Origin: Octopus bimaculoides
Lineage: Eukaryota
Length of the DNA: 63,990 bases
Direction of reading: 5' to 3'
NCBI RefSeq assembly: GCF_001194135.2
Contig: NC_068981.1
Coordinates: 192,179,415-192,243,404, forward strand
Under the pieces are notes generated by a model that saw only the letters and a list, made by a program, of their open reading frames with translations, ran no database searches and was not told where the DNA came from. Positions within the stretch are counted from its first letter, which is position 1. Every line of letters begins with the position of its first letter. Of the stretch, positions 41,736-55,095 are shown piece by piece. The translations under genes were made by a program, and so were the position numbers.

Positions 41736-42044
41736 ATACCTTCTTTATTAATCTTTGTTTTGCTTATTTCGATTAGAATACATTTTAATAGTTGTCTGTA
41801 ACTGTTCACATATATGAGAAAACTTGAGTTAAAATGAAAAACACTTCTCTTTTAAGTAATAAATTGACTTACAAAGAACCAAACATAACATAAGTATAAA
41901 TCAAATAATTTGCTGATGTTTAAATATGTTAAATGAAGTCATAAAACATTAAAACAGCAATGGATGAAATGAAAAACAAATCACAAAACGCAATTAGATG
42001 TTCAAACCCAAGGTGACTATTATATTTTATGAGGTAAAAAGACA

Positions 42045-42076
42045 AATATATATATATATATATATAAATATATATG

Positions 42077-42152
<76 letters not shown>
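42045..42152. repeat. (TA)n microsatellite
   Basis: Long TA run. Confidence 0.95.
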
Positions 42153-42156
<4 letters not shown>

Positions 42157-42619
42157 CACATTCCTTTACATATACACACAAAATCATATTCACCAATTAG
42201 CGACCATCAGCACACAGAGACATCCAGCAACAGACCAATGCATGTGTCCACATACTCAGCCCTCAGGTACCAGATGCTTTTTATTTATGATTGTTATTTA
42301 GTCACTCTGTGTTGAGTTATGATTTAATAACAGACTCATACATATACAAAAACTAATTCGTACAAGAGTTCCTAAAGTAAATCCAGTCGTATTTAAATCC
42401 ATACTGTTGATGACATCAGATAACCAAATACAGTGTACAGGCTTTAAATGGCACATTACAAGGTGTATAGCAAAATTCAACATTATTACTTGTAGACACA
42501 CACACATACACATATATATAATTATGTGGGGGGGGGGGGAACCTGTGGAAGAAGTAGACACAGGAAGACATGAGATGAAGTGGAAAAACATGAGCTTCAA
42601 ACAATGGGCCTCACAGAAG

Positions 42620-42898
42620 TGATGACAAGTGACTGAGACCTTTGGTGATATGCTATGCTTGAGAAGACTCGTCAAACCACATGAAATTGTAGTTGTTGCT
42701 GATGCAGGTGTCAGATAACTGGCACCTGTGCCAGTGGCATGTAATAAGCATCCATTACACACTTGGAGTGGTTAGCATTAAGAAGGGTATCCATGCATAG
42801 AAACCATGTCAAACCAGACTGGAACTTGGTGAGGTTCTCCAGCTTACCAGTTCCAGTCAAAATATCTAACCCATGCCAACATGGAAAGCAGATGCTAA

Positions 42899-42951
<53 letters not shown>

Positions 42952-43420
42952 ACATCTATCAGATTGGAGCCTGGTGCAGCCATCTGGTTCGCCAGTCCTC
43001 AGTTAAATCATCCAACCCATGCTAGCATGAAAGGTGGATGTTAAACGATGATGATGATGATGATGATGATATGTATGTATGTACGTATATATATATGTGT
43101 GCGTATGTATATATCTGTGTGTATATATATGTGTGTGTGCATGTGTGTGTGCATTTATGTATGTATGTATGTATATGTCAGTGTTAAGGCCGGTTCCCCT
43201 AGTGAAGGGGATTGGCCTGCAAGAGCCCTGTGCTGGAGTCCCAAAAAGTGCATTTATGCTGGTGTCGCATAAAAGCACTCATGCAGTGCCACATTAAAGC
43301 ACACAGCACACTCGCTATAGTGGTTGGCGTTAGGAGAAACCATGCCAAATCAGACTGGAGCTTGGTGCAGCTCTGGTCAAACTGTCCATTAAATGACGAT
43401 GATGATGATGATGATGATTG
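42620..43420 (+). mobile_element. Cluster of three RTE-type 3' tails, each ending in (GAT)n
   Basis: Tails end at ~42950, ~43068 and ~43417. Confidence 0.75.
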
Positions 43421-43954
43421 TATTTTGAAATCATACAAAATATCTAATGATATTGTTTATTGAAGTTTTTAAAAAATCATGGAAATGATCTATGATTATT
43501 TTTCTTCAGTATCCAAAGTAGCCTATGACACCTTCTAATTTAAGATGGTAAAAAGCAACCTGAGGGAAATTTGGAAACTATTTCTAGCAGGTTCAGGAGG
43601 CACTCTCACTCAGTTTTTATCATATGTAACCTAATTACAATTAAACATAAGCTTGGAAAGGAATTAACAAATGCTGTTATGACATCATAAAAATTCAAAG
43701 ACTTGGTGATATAATAATCACTTCAAATTTTGTCACAAGGTCAGCAATTTTCAGGAGATGGGTAAGTCAATTACATCAGCCCCAGTTCTCAACTGGTACA
43801 TACTTTAACAAACCCAAAATATGAAAGGAAAAGTTGACCTGGGCAGCATTTAAAGAGCTGGAAGAAACTCTGCTAAGCATTTTATCTAATCTACTAATAA
43901 TTCTGCCAGCTCACCACGTTGCTTAGTGATATGATAATGATAACGATAATAATC

Positions 43955-43971
43955 ACACACACACACACACA

Positions 43972-44066
<95 letters not shown>
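43955..44066. repeat. (CA)n microsatellite
   Basis: Long CA run. Confidence 0.95.
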
Positions 44067-44069
<3 letters not shown>

Positions 44070-45183
44070 TTCTCTCCCCATTTTTTTTTCTCTTAATTTT
44101 TTTCTGTCAAAGAGCATAGGCCCGAAACATCAAAGACTTTTCCATTCTTCCTGATCATCTTAAATACCCATTTCTTATCTTCATATATTATCTTTTTAAT
44201 TGTAATAACCAATAAAGAAAAAAGAACCTAATTTACTCATAAATAATTTGGTAATTTATCATGCATACAGTTAACAAGTTTGAATCCAGAATTATTTTCA
44301 AAACTTCAAACTCCTATTGCTCTTCCATAATTTGCTAGCTTTAAGTAAAATATTTTCTCTACTTTTTTGAAAAGCATGTGAAATAAATTAATTCCTAGAA
44401 TTTGCAATTTAATAATTGTGTAATTATTACATAAACTATTTTCCCAAGACATCAAGTGCAAGCCTCCAGCTTCATGAGAAACTATTTTAATTATGTAATC
44501 AGCTACTGGCCTTGTTTGTGTCAAAGTAAGAAATCATTCTTTCAGTTGGTAGTAATGTAAATTGTTTGCATTAGTATTAAGACCCTAATGAAAAATTAAT
44601 GCAGATTTTTATACCCTATTTTCCTTTTGATGAATGTACACATTCTTCAAATAATGATTCATTTTTGTTAGGAGAAAGAAATAACTTAGAAAGGGTAAGG
44701 CACATGACCAATAGAATCAAGCCACTATATTATGTACGAGAAGTAATTTAGTCAGAGTAGGAGTAGAAGCAAATGAATTGAGCCACTCTATTATAATAAC
44801 TCCACTATTTAGTCTGGTACTTCTATTTTAGCAATATATACTGAATTGCTAAGTTTACCATTTGAGTTTTGTCCCTTTAGAGAATTACTTCCCCTTAAAG
44901 GAATTCTCACAGGCATACACAAAAACATACTCACAAACATATATATGAGTGAACAAGCAAACATAAAAAACACTCAACATATTTGTTTGTTTGGTTGGTG
45001 TTACATGTATTTAATTACAGTTTGACTCAGTTCTGCTTGACTTAAAGCTCATGGGGGTGTAAGAGAAATCCATTTCATCAAACATTCAGAAGCAGAACAT
45101 CTGATTAGATAGATGTGTCCTACATGTCCATGAAACTTTGTCATATGGAGTTGAGTCAAACTCTTATTAAACACGCACGCATG

Positions 45184-45242
<59 letters not shown>

Positions 45243-45360
45243 TGCATCACTACTTGATATTCTGTTGCTTATTTTGATTTTATTCACCTTACTTCAAGCT
45301 GTGCGGATAATACCGGACTGACTTGGTGTTTCAACTTAAGTACCTAATTCAACTGAATTT

Positions 45361-45394
<34 letters not shown>

Positions 45395-45398
<4 letters not shown>

Positions 45399-45965
45399 GG
45401 CATAACTGGCCCACTTATGAATACCCCTCGTTCATTGGACAATGAACTTTGCTTGCGAAGACCTATTGAGGCAAGTGAAAACAAATCAAAATCGCTGACG
45501 TGGCTGGTGACAGTACCGCCTGATTGCCTATGGAACGTTAAAAGCACATCTGAGCATAATCGTTGCTAGGGCCACATATTGGCTCCCATGCCGGTGGCAC
45601 ATGAAAAGCACCATTTGAGCGTGATCCTTGCCAGAGTCGCCCTACCGGCACATGTGCCGGTGGCACGTGAAAAACAACATTTGGTCATTGCCAGTGCCAC
45701 CGGACTGGCTCCTGAGCAGGTAGCATGTAAAAAACACTTTTTGAGCATGGTTGCTACCAGAACAACCTGACTGGTCCTCGTGCCAGTGTCACGTAAAAGC
45801 ACCCACTACACTCTTGGAGTGGTTGGTGTTAAGAAGGGCATCCAGCTATAGAAACTTTGCCAGATCAGATTGAACCTGGTGCAGCCTCTGGCTCACCAGT
45901 CCTCAGTCAAACCATCCAACCCATGCCAGCATGGAAAGCGAATGTTAAACGACGATAATGATGAT
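45395..45965 (+). mobile_element. RTE 3' UTR with internal tandem units and (GAT)n tail
   Basis: Repeated gtggcac(a/g)tgaaaa(g/a)ca units followed by the common tail. Confidence 0.8.
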
Positions 45966-46579
45966 GGCTCAAATGTACAAAAAGCAAGAGAAAGACAAGT
46001 GAGGGAACAACAAGCAGGTGTATTAGTTTGACACTCGGGAAGAAAGGAAAAGTCATTGATATTTTGAGCCTCTGCTCTTCAACAGAAAGGGATGAGAGAA
46101 AGAAATAGAGAGAAAAAGTGTGTCAGGATTAATGCTGTATGGTTATAAAGTGTGCTTCACAACCATTGGGGTAGGTTCACTCCTACTCTGTGGTATCTTC
46201 TGTGTCTTCTGCTATAGTCACAAGCTAACCAATACCTTGTAAGTGAATTTGTTAGGCAGAAACTATAGGAAGTCTGTTGTGTGTGAATGTGTATATGTGT
46301 ATGTGTGTACCTGTATGTGTGTGTGCAGATGTGCATGAAAATTGTTACTCTATACTTCTCAGTACTTAACTGGTTCTATATTTTATCAATCCCAGAGGGA
46401 TGAAAGGCAAACATGACCTTGGCAGGAATTGAACTCGAACATAAAGAGCTGGAACAAATATCATTTGGCATTTTTCCAAAGCTCTAATGGTTCTGCCAAG
46501 CTTGCCAACTTAACTGCTTTTGAAATTATGTCATCTTCTTAGAAACAGTTTCATAACTATATTGCAAATTGTGATCTCT

Positions 46580-46651
<72 letters not shown>

Positions 46652-46914
46652 GCATGCATGTATATTCTTTTATTCTTTTATTTGTTTCAGGCATTTGACT
46701 GCAGCCATGCAGGAACACCACCTTTAGTCGAACAAATCAACCCCAGGATTTAATCTTTGTAAGCCTAATACTTATTCTATTGGTCACTTTTGCCAAACCG
46801 CTAGGTTACAGGGATGTAAACACACTAACATCGGTTGTCAAGTGATGGTGGTGGAACAAGCACAGACACACAAATACATACATGCATACACATATATATA
46901 TGTGTGTATACGAT

Positions 46915-47330
46915 GCTTAAAATATCTGGCGGTGTCAGCTATAGTCTAGTCAACCATATAAACAATCAGGTGATACATGAAGGAGTCATACCCAATGACT
47001 GGTGTAGCATCACCATAGTCAACTGCTACAAAGGTAGAGGTGACACATTAGATATGAATAATTACAGAGGTATCAAATTGTTGTATCAGGTAATGAAAGT
47101 CACAGAGAGGATCATAGCCCAACTAGTTAGGGAGAGAGTTAGTTTAGACGAGATGCAGTTTGGGTTTGTGTCAGGGAGAAGCACCACTGATGCTATATTT
47201 CTGGTAAGACAACTGCAGGAGAAATCCTTGCCAAAGATAAACCTCTGTACCTGGCTTTTGTTGACAGGGAGAAATCCTTTGACATGGTCCCCTGATCCCT
47301 TATCTGGTGGTCAATGCGGAAACTAGGGAT
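46915..47330 (+). mobile_element. RTE LINE RT N-terminal fragment
   Basis: IPNDWCSITIVNCYKGRGDTLDMNNYRGIKLL...MQFGFVSGRSTTDAIFLVRQLQEK...WWSMRKLGID. Confidence 0.92.
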
Positions 47331-47490
47331 AGATGCTACATACAAAAACTATCTTCCTAGTTAACCTTCCTTTGATATTGCTGCACCTCTTATGTGTCCA
47401 TAGCTTACACTGGGTACATATTATAGAGTTTCTTCCTACGCCTTTTCTACAGATTGAGCAGGGCCATCTACCTGAAGGGGCTTGTGGTTT
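47331..47490 (-). mobile_element. RTE PHD-like segment in inverted orientation
   Basis: KPQAPSGRWPCSICRKGVGRNSIICTQCKLWTHKRCSNIKGRLTRKIVFVC. Confidence 0.9.
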
Positions 47491-48439
47491 NNNNNNNNNN
47501 NNNNNNNNNNNNNNNNNNNNNNNNNNNNNNNNNNNNNNNNNNNNNNNNNNNNNNNNNNNNNNNNNNNNNNNNNNNNNNNNNNNNNNNNNNNNNNNNNNNN
47601 NNNNNNNNNNNNNNNNNNNNNNNNNNNNNNNNNNNNNNNNNNNNNNNNNNNNNNNNNNNNNNNNNNNNNNNNNNNNNNNNNNNNNNNNNNNNNNNNNNNN
47701 NNNNNNNNNNNNNNNNNNNNNNNNNNNNNNNNNNNNNNNNNNNNNNNNNNNNNNNNNNNNNNNNNNNNNNNNNNNNNNNNNNNNNNNNNNNNNNNNNNNN
47801 NNNNNNNNNNNNNNNNNNNNNNNNNNNNNNNNNNNNNNNNNNNNNNNNNNNNNNNNNNNNNNNNNNNNNNNNNNNNNNNNNNNNNNNNNNNNNNNNNNNN
47901 NNNNNNNNNNNNNNNNNNNNNNNNNNNNNNNNNNNNNNNNNNNNNNNNNNNNNNNNNNNNNNNNNNNNNNNNNNNNNNNNNNNNNNNNNNNNNNNNNNNN
48001 NNNNNNNNNNNNNNNNNNNNNNNNNNNNNNNNNNNNNNNNNNNNNNNNNNNNNNNNNNNNNNNNNNNNNNNNNNNNNNNNNNNNNNNNNNNNNNNNNNNN
48101 NNNNNNNNNNNNNNNNNNNNNNNNNNNNNNNNNNNNNNNNNNNNNNNNNNNNNNNNNNNNNNNNNNNNNNNNNNNNNNNNNNNNNNNNNNNNNNNNNNNN
48201 NNNNNNNNNNNNNNNNNNNNNNNNNNNNNNNNNNNNNNNNNNNNNNNNNNNNNNNNNNNNNNNNNNNNNNNNNNNNNNNNNNNNNNNNNNNNNNNNNNNN
48301 NNNNNNNNNNNNNNNNNNNNNNNNNNNNNNNNNNNNNNNNNNNNNNNNNNNNNNNNNNNNNNNNNNNNNNNNNNNNNNNNNNNNNNNNNNNNNNNNNNNN
48401 NNNNNNNNNNNNNNNNNNNNNNNNNNNNNNNNNNNNNNN
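47491..48439. other. Assembly gap (949 N)
   Basis: Run of n characters. Confidence 0.99.
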
Positions 48440-48916
48440 GGCACATAAAAGACACCATTTCGAGCGTGGCCGTTTTCGTGCGGGTGACACGTAAAAGCAC
48501 CCACTACACTCTCTGAGTGGTTGGCGTTAGGAAGGGCATCCAGCTGTAGAAACTCTGCCAAATTAGACTGGAGCCTGGTGTTGCCATCCGGTTTCACCAG
48601 TCCTCAGTCAAATCGTCCAACCCATGCTAGCATGGAAAGCAGACGTTAAACGATGATGATGATGCTGATGATATATATATACATTCTTTGTTTTGGGTTG
48701 CCAATACTGTATGACTGGCCCTCGTGCTGGAGGCACGTAAAAGCACCCACTACACTCTCAGAGTGGTTGGCGTTAGGAAGAGCATCCAGCTGTAGAAACT
48801 CTGCCAGATCAGATTGGAGCCTGGTGCAGCCTTCTGGCTTGCCAGTCCTCAGTCAAATCGTCCAACCCATGCTAGCATGGAAGGCGGACGTTAATCGATG
48901 ATGATGATGATGATGA
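48440..48916 (+). mobile_element. Two tandem, well-preserved RTE-type 3' tails
   Basis: Both run ggcac(g/a)taaaag...gttaa(a/t)cgatgatgatg, with CpGs retained. Confidence 0.85.
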
Positions 48917-49154
48917 TTCTTTGTTTTGGAATTTTTGTCCATAACTTTAGGCGTCATGCATAGGAATTTGCAATTTTCAAACACTTCACATATAAAATCA
49001 TGGTGAAAACCATCTCTGTTTGGGATTTGATAGCCAAAATCACAAATAAGGTATTTATTCACCAAAGTGATGTCAAGTAGTCATTCTCAGTATTTGCCAC
49101 TATTTTATATATATATGCTGTCTGTCCGTCCGTCTGGCCATCCATCCATACATC

Positions 49155-49542
49155 CATTATTAGGTAACAATCTGATTATATAATCCTCCGCTCATCAAAG
49201 GTAGCCGATATGGAATGAAGTATTGCAACTGCTCTTTTTCTTATTCTTTTGTGACTATGTAGAATGCACTGCCAAAAAGCACAGCTATATGGCAGAAGAT
49301 GTAAAAAACATATTGCAATATACTGTGTGGTGTGTGGCAACATGTGCATATGTGTGTAAGTCATACAAGAGTCCATAAATCAGGAAAAAATGCACTTGTA
49401 TATCTGTCCATAGAGTGGGAATATTTTATATCCATTACAGCCACTCTTACCAATTGATTTCACAGTAGGGATTCAGTGGAGTGTTAGATAACAATCCGAT
49501 TATGCAACCTTGTACTCATCAGAGGCAGCTGATATGGATTGA
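49155..49542 (-). ncRNA. Tandem hammerhead-containing repeat (324 nt period), Penelope pLTR- or retrozyme-like
   Basis: Complete type I fold at 49438-49531 plus a 5' half-copy at ~49160-49210. Confidence 0.6.
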
Positions 49543-50947
49543 CATACACATGTGTGTATGAATGTTTGTGTGTATGTGAATATTTGTGTGTTTGTGAATG
49601 TTTCTGTGCATGCATGTATTTCAATGAAAATCAATGTATTGAGTAATGTCCCTTTATGCCAAAAAAAAAAGGTAAAAACTTAGCTGTTCAATAAATAAAG
49701 GTTGATAAAATAAATACCTGACTAAAATCAATACTGAGATCAATGTGTTCAGTATGATCATCTAAATTTCTCTGAAAGTGCCTCAATATGTCTGCAGTTC
49801 AATGACTTAAACCAATAAAACACTAGACGGTTAATCTTTCACTAAATGTCTTTTCTCATGGATTATTTATGAATACAAAAGAGAAAAGAAATCTTAGAAT
49901 TTCATTCCTCTAACTAGTAACAACATAAATACATCTAACGGTTTGTTTGTTAAAGCTTTTTAAAGATTTAGAGAGTGACTGGCCAATGCCATGCCTGCTT
50001 ACTGGCTGCATGTGGCATGTGCATGAATTGAAAACAACTGCTAACAAGCAGAGCATATTATATCAGTTTATTTAGCTGGAAATAGTGGTTACTTTGCTCT
50101 CAAGTTAAGTGGTTAACATTCAAAGGAGCAGCCAGCTGTAAATATATTTTCTCTGGCAAGCAAATCCTGCAAATATCAACATTGTTTGATACATGTAGCT
50201 AGTATTAATATCTAAGTAGTTTGGATGAAGAAAAATAAATAAAACCAAGAAACTAACTGATATAACAAATTTTAAAGAAGACTAAAGATTTCTAATTTAT
50301 TTACACGTTTATTTTTTGTGAAGACTTTTTTGCTTCTGTGGTAGTGCGACTAGGATGTTAGTGCCTACTGTAGACCCCACTGCATGAAAAAAAAAAAAGA
50401 AAGAAAACAAAAGAGAAAAAAGCAGTTGTAAATTAATTAGCCAATTAAGAACAAAACAAACTTATTTCAAAGCTTTGGTAAACTTTTCCATGGAACTACG
50501 AATGCATTTGAAGTGGTGAAATTCATAGCAGAAAAAGAGATCCATATTCTAATCATTCTCTAATTCCTTTGATGCCAGATTTCTCTGACTATTTATTCAC
50601 AGTCGCAGAGTTCTACTATTGCCTCAGTGCTATGAATAACCAATAACCAATTTTATGTATTCCATTTCATATCATGATTCTGATGGAAAGAAAGAAATAT
50701 TCTTTCCTGCATTCACATCTTAACATCTACTAAAGAATTGATATTCTCTCAAGGGTATAGTTATACTTCCTAGTTTTTCCTTTAATCATTATATATGTAT
50801 ATATATGTACATGTATGTATTTAAATAAATACATACATATATACATACATATATATATATACAAATATATAAAAATTTATATTTATATGTGTGTGTACAC
50901 ACACATACACTCATTTACACACACACACACACACACACATACACACA

Positions 50948-50979
<32 letters not shown>

Positions 50980-52395
50980 TACTCACACACATGAATAGAC
51001 AATACTTCATGATTTCACATCAATGAATTTATGTTTCATTTTCACCCATCTTTTGGGGAAAATAGTTTAGGTGTTCCTTCTTTCTTTCTTTTTTTTCCAT
51101 CTCCCTTTTATATTTTATGAACATTTACATTTTATAGAAATACTTAATATTACCTGGAATCATAATTTTCTTTTTCTTCTTCTTCTTCTTCTTCTTCTTC
51201 TTATTTATATTATTATTATTATTTATATTATTATTATTATTGTTATTATTATTATAGGATGGAGGATTGGCAGAATTGTTACAGAATTGGAAAAAAGGCT
51301 TTACAGTATTTAGTTACAGCTCTCTACATTCTGAGTTCAAACCCTGTTAAGGTCAACTTTGCTTTCATCCTTTCATGGTTGATAAAATAAAATATCAATC
51401 AAGTACTTATGTTGATGTAATTGATTCCCCCACCTCCAGTTCCTCAAAATTGCTGGCCTTGTACCTAAATTGGAAACAACTATTTATCATCATCATCATC
51501 ATCATCATCATTATTATTAATTTTTCTTCTTTCAGTCTTGTTTCCATTTCTCCTCAACTCCTAAGGCAAAGAAGTTCACTGTATTATTATTATTATTGTT
51601 GTTATTATTGAGTAAGAGAGCAGCACATACCATCAAAGTGACACTGGGGTACAAATATACAAAGCCTTGTATACCCACCATGACTACCCACCTAATAAGG
51701 GTACACCAGGCACATGGCAGTAAGCTGACAAAATTGTTAGCATGCTGGAGAAGATGCCTAGCAGCATTTCTTCTAGCTTTATGTTCTGAGTTCAAATTTC
51801 ACCTAGGTTAACCTTGCCTTTCATCCATTCAGAACTGATAGAATAATACTGGGAGGGGTGGAGAGGTCAATGTAACTTACTTACCTCTTTCCTGAAATTG
51901 CTGGCCTTGTACCAAAATATGAAACCATTACTACTACTACTACTACTATTTTCATCTCATAACTGTATTGATCAGTAGTAAAGAGATTCATTGATTTACT
52001 TCATTGGACAAAATCATTTCTGAGAGATGATGTAGACCATTTAATGGTAGGCTTATTAAATGATAACTTATTTCTTTTGATACAGCCCACATGAGACCAC
52101 CTTCTGATATAAAAGCTCTCATCATAGATTTTATAAAAACTTCTACTCTTTTTTGTTAATTTATGTTCCAAACACTAAGTAAATCCTGAAAAAAATGAAC
52201 TCGGTTATTTCATTGGAACCTTCCAAATTCTTGGTTCTTTTCAAAACTAATTGAATTACATGTAGTGTATATATGCATGGTGCATTTAATATGGTTATGA
52301 ATGAGTGGATCTTGAACTTGCTATAAGGAATCAGTTCAGTTCAAGATGGAATACTGAAAAAAAAAAGATCACTTATATATCTTAATATTATGTAT

Positions 52396-52671
52396 TAAAG
52401 ATTGTTTGCCAACATAACATGGCAGTCCTGGTTTAGGACGAATGTTGCTGTAATTTAGCCCCAGGAGACATCATCTTCAGCTGGCTATACAACATGATCT
52501 GTGTCCTTATATTTTCGAACAAGGGAATCTAGCACCCCCACTCATTGTCCGAAAATATAAGTACACAGATCGTGTTGTATAGCCAGCTGGAGACGATGTC
52601 TCCTGGGACTAAATTACAGCAACATTCCTCCTAAACCAGGACTGCCATGTTATATTGGCAAACAATCTTTA
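52396..52671. mobile_element. Near-perfect palindromic MITE with TA ends
   Basis: ~127 bp arms (52396-52522 and 52545-52671), 22 nt loop, few mismatches. Confidence 0.85.
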
Positions 52672-54884
52672 CTCCAAAGTACTGTTGCTGAATATCTCTG
52701 GTTGTGAGATTTAAAAATAGTAATTTTCTAATTTTAATATTATTTTTGTTGCTTGTTTTTTAAAAAACTTTAGCCTTATCATTGTCATCACTGCCATCAC
52801 TACTACCACCACCACTACCACAGCAACCACTGCATCACCATTACTACCCTCCTCTTACTCTTCCTCCTCCTCCCCTCCTCTTACTCTTCCTCCTCCCCCT
52901 CATCATCATCATTAACATTATCATTTTACATTCATTTTTTCCATGCTACTATACAATGGAAGGATCCACCACAGTTTCTCCCACCACTTGAGTTCTTACA
53001 ATTCAGTTTCCCAAGATCAGCATCCAACAAATCTTTCCGTGTCTTCTTTGGTTTCCCTCTTTTGCGGTTTCCTTCTGTTTAGATCGGTTGGCATTTTTTT
53101 ACCTAACAGTCATCCTTCACAAACACACACCACATTTGTATACCAACATAAGTTTTTTTTCTTATACACTACATTTGATTCCTCTTATATTCCTCTTAGT
53201 TTTCTCTCACTGGTACCCTATGCTGGTAGAAACCTAAAATACGTTTTATTACAGATATTTTTTTACCTAATCAGTTCTGCCTTAACTCTTTCTGTTACTT
53301 TTGATGCTTGGTTCATCAATTTGATCCCTCTGTAGTTACTTCTTTCTTTAGTATCTGTTTTACACTGCCAAATAGCTGGATAACCAAGAGAATTCACCAG
53401 AGACCTTCACTAACCATTTCAGTTAAGAACTACAATAATTTTTTAATTACTTCCTCTTTATAACAAGAATTCATAGATTCTTGTCTTCGTGCATTTAAAA
53501 ATTACTTCAAAGCTGAACAAGACAATGAGGAAATTTGTCAAACCACTAGAACTAACTGTCAAACCATTCAAATTAAACCCTAACATTTGAAGAAAGCAGG
53601 AACATATATTGGGCAATGTAGCTCCAGGCCCCTCATGGGCAACTTGTGGCACATAGGGCTTTCTGAATGGTACACCTAATCAAAAATTACCTTGAAATTT
53701 TTTTGTAGTGCAGCCCACCTGATAATGAGCCATGTCTAATGTGGTCTGCTTTTCAATAAAGGTTACTCATGCATATCCTAGGTACATAAAAGATGGGATG
53801 GCCATGACTGGAACACTTTTAATTACAGGTCTGCTTGATCAAGACTGACTTAGTGTTAAACAACAACAACAACAGCAATGACTTCAAGATTACAAAGCTA
53901 AGGAGGAAGACTCTATATAATTGCTTGACCTACAAGGAAAATCAACCAAATTTTTTCCTCAAATTACACTTTACCATTTTAGAAAAGACAGACAGATTAA
54001 GTAACATGGTCCTGGGAAAGAGATAAAATTAACACAGAGTTAGAATGGTTTTGATTATAGGTATACTCGGTCAGGCTGACTTAGTGCTAAACAACAACAA
54101 CAACTTCCGGACTGAAGATCTGAATATACATAATAAACATCTTGTCAAGATTTTGCATGAACTGGTGAAAAAACATCAATAAATGGTGCATTCAGGAAGT
54201 TGCAGCCCATCTGATATTTAATATGCACAAAATGATAATATCAAGGATTACTAGGCAGTACTTCACTGACACAATATTGATCAGAGAAAGAAAAAAATTT
54301 GAATTTCTGTTTGAGATTTATAAATAACTTCATGTTGTCTCTCTTACAATAATTTCTAACCACATTCATATTAATAAGTTACCAATTCTTACACTACACC
54401 AGGACATAACAACTTTTACTAATTCCAGGAAATTTTCCTAATATACTCCCCATAAATACTGATTTCTAACATTAGCAAAATGTTTCAAACTTAGAGGTGA
54501 GACTGAGTACAAGCTAGACTAAAACTTATTTTATCAACCCTAGAGGGACTAACCCTTTTGGTACCAACCTACTCAAGACTGACCCTTGCTTCTATGATAC
54601 AAATTTCCTGTTTTAAAGTGATATGAATTAAAACTATCCATCTAAATTTCATATTAATGTATGTTGCAAGCTCTAACTTAATTACGACTTAACTATTTTA
54701 CTATATTCCTCATTATTTTCAAAATTAATTGAAACAAAAGCAGTTTATTGGAACAAAAATATGGTGACAAAAGGATTTTAAATTCAATGTTGACTCTGGT
54801 ATAAAGTTTGAATTCAGAGTGTAAAGAGTCATGACTAAATACTGTTCTCTACCAATTCTGTCAACTTGCCTGCCTTATGAATAT

Positions 54885-55095
54885 TGATTTCAAATTTTTG
54901 GCACAAGGCCAGCAAGTTTGGGAGAAGGGTAAGTTGATTAAATTGACCCCAGTGTTCAACTGATACTAATTTTATTGATCCCAAAAGGATGAAAGGCAAA
55001 GATGACTTTGGTAAAATTTGAACTCAGAACATAAAGACACACAAAATGGTGCTAAGCATTTTGCCAAGTGTATACTGATGGTTCTGCCAGCTCGT
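54885..55095 (-). mobile_element. tRNA-derived SINE, family B
   Basis: Near full-length reverse-complement copy. Confidence 0.75.

Noticed and set aside
47323-48597. Long ORFs of 340-424 aa in the ORF track
   Set aside because: Artefacts of translating through the N gap.
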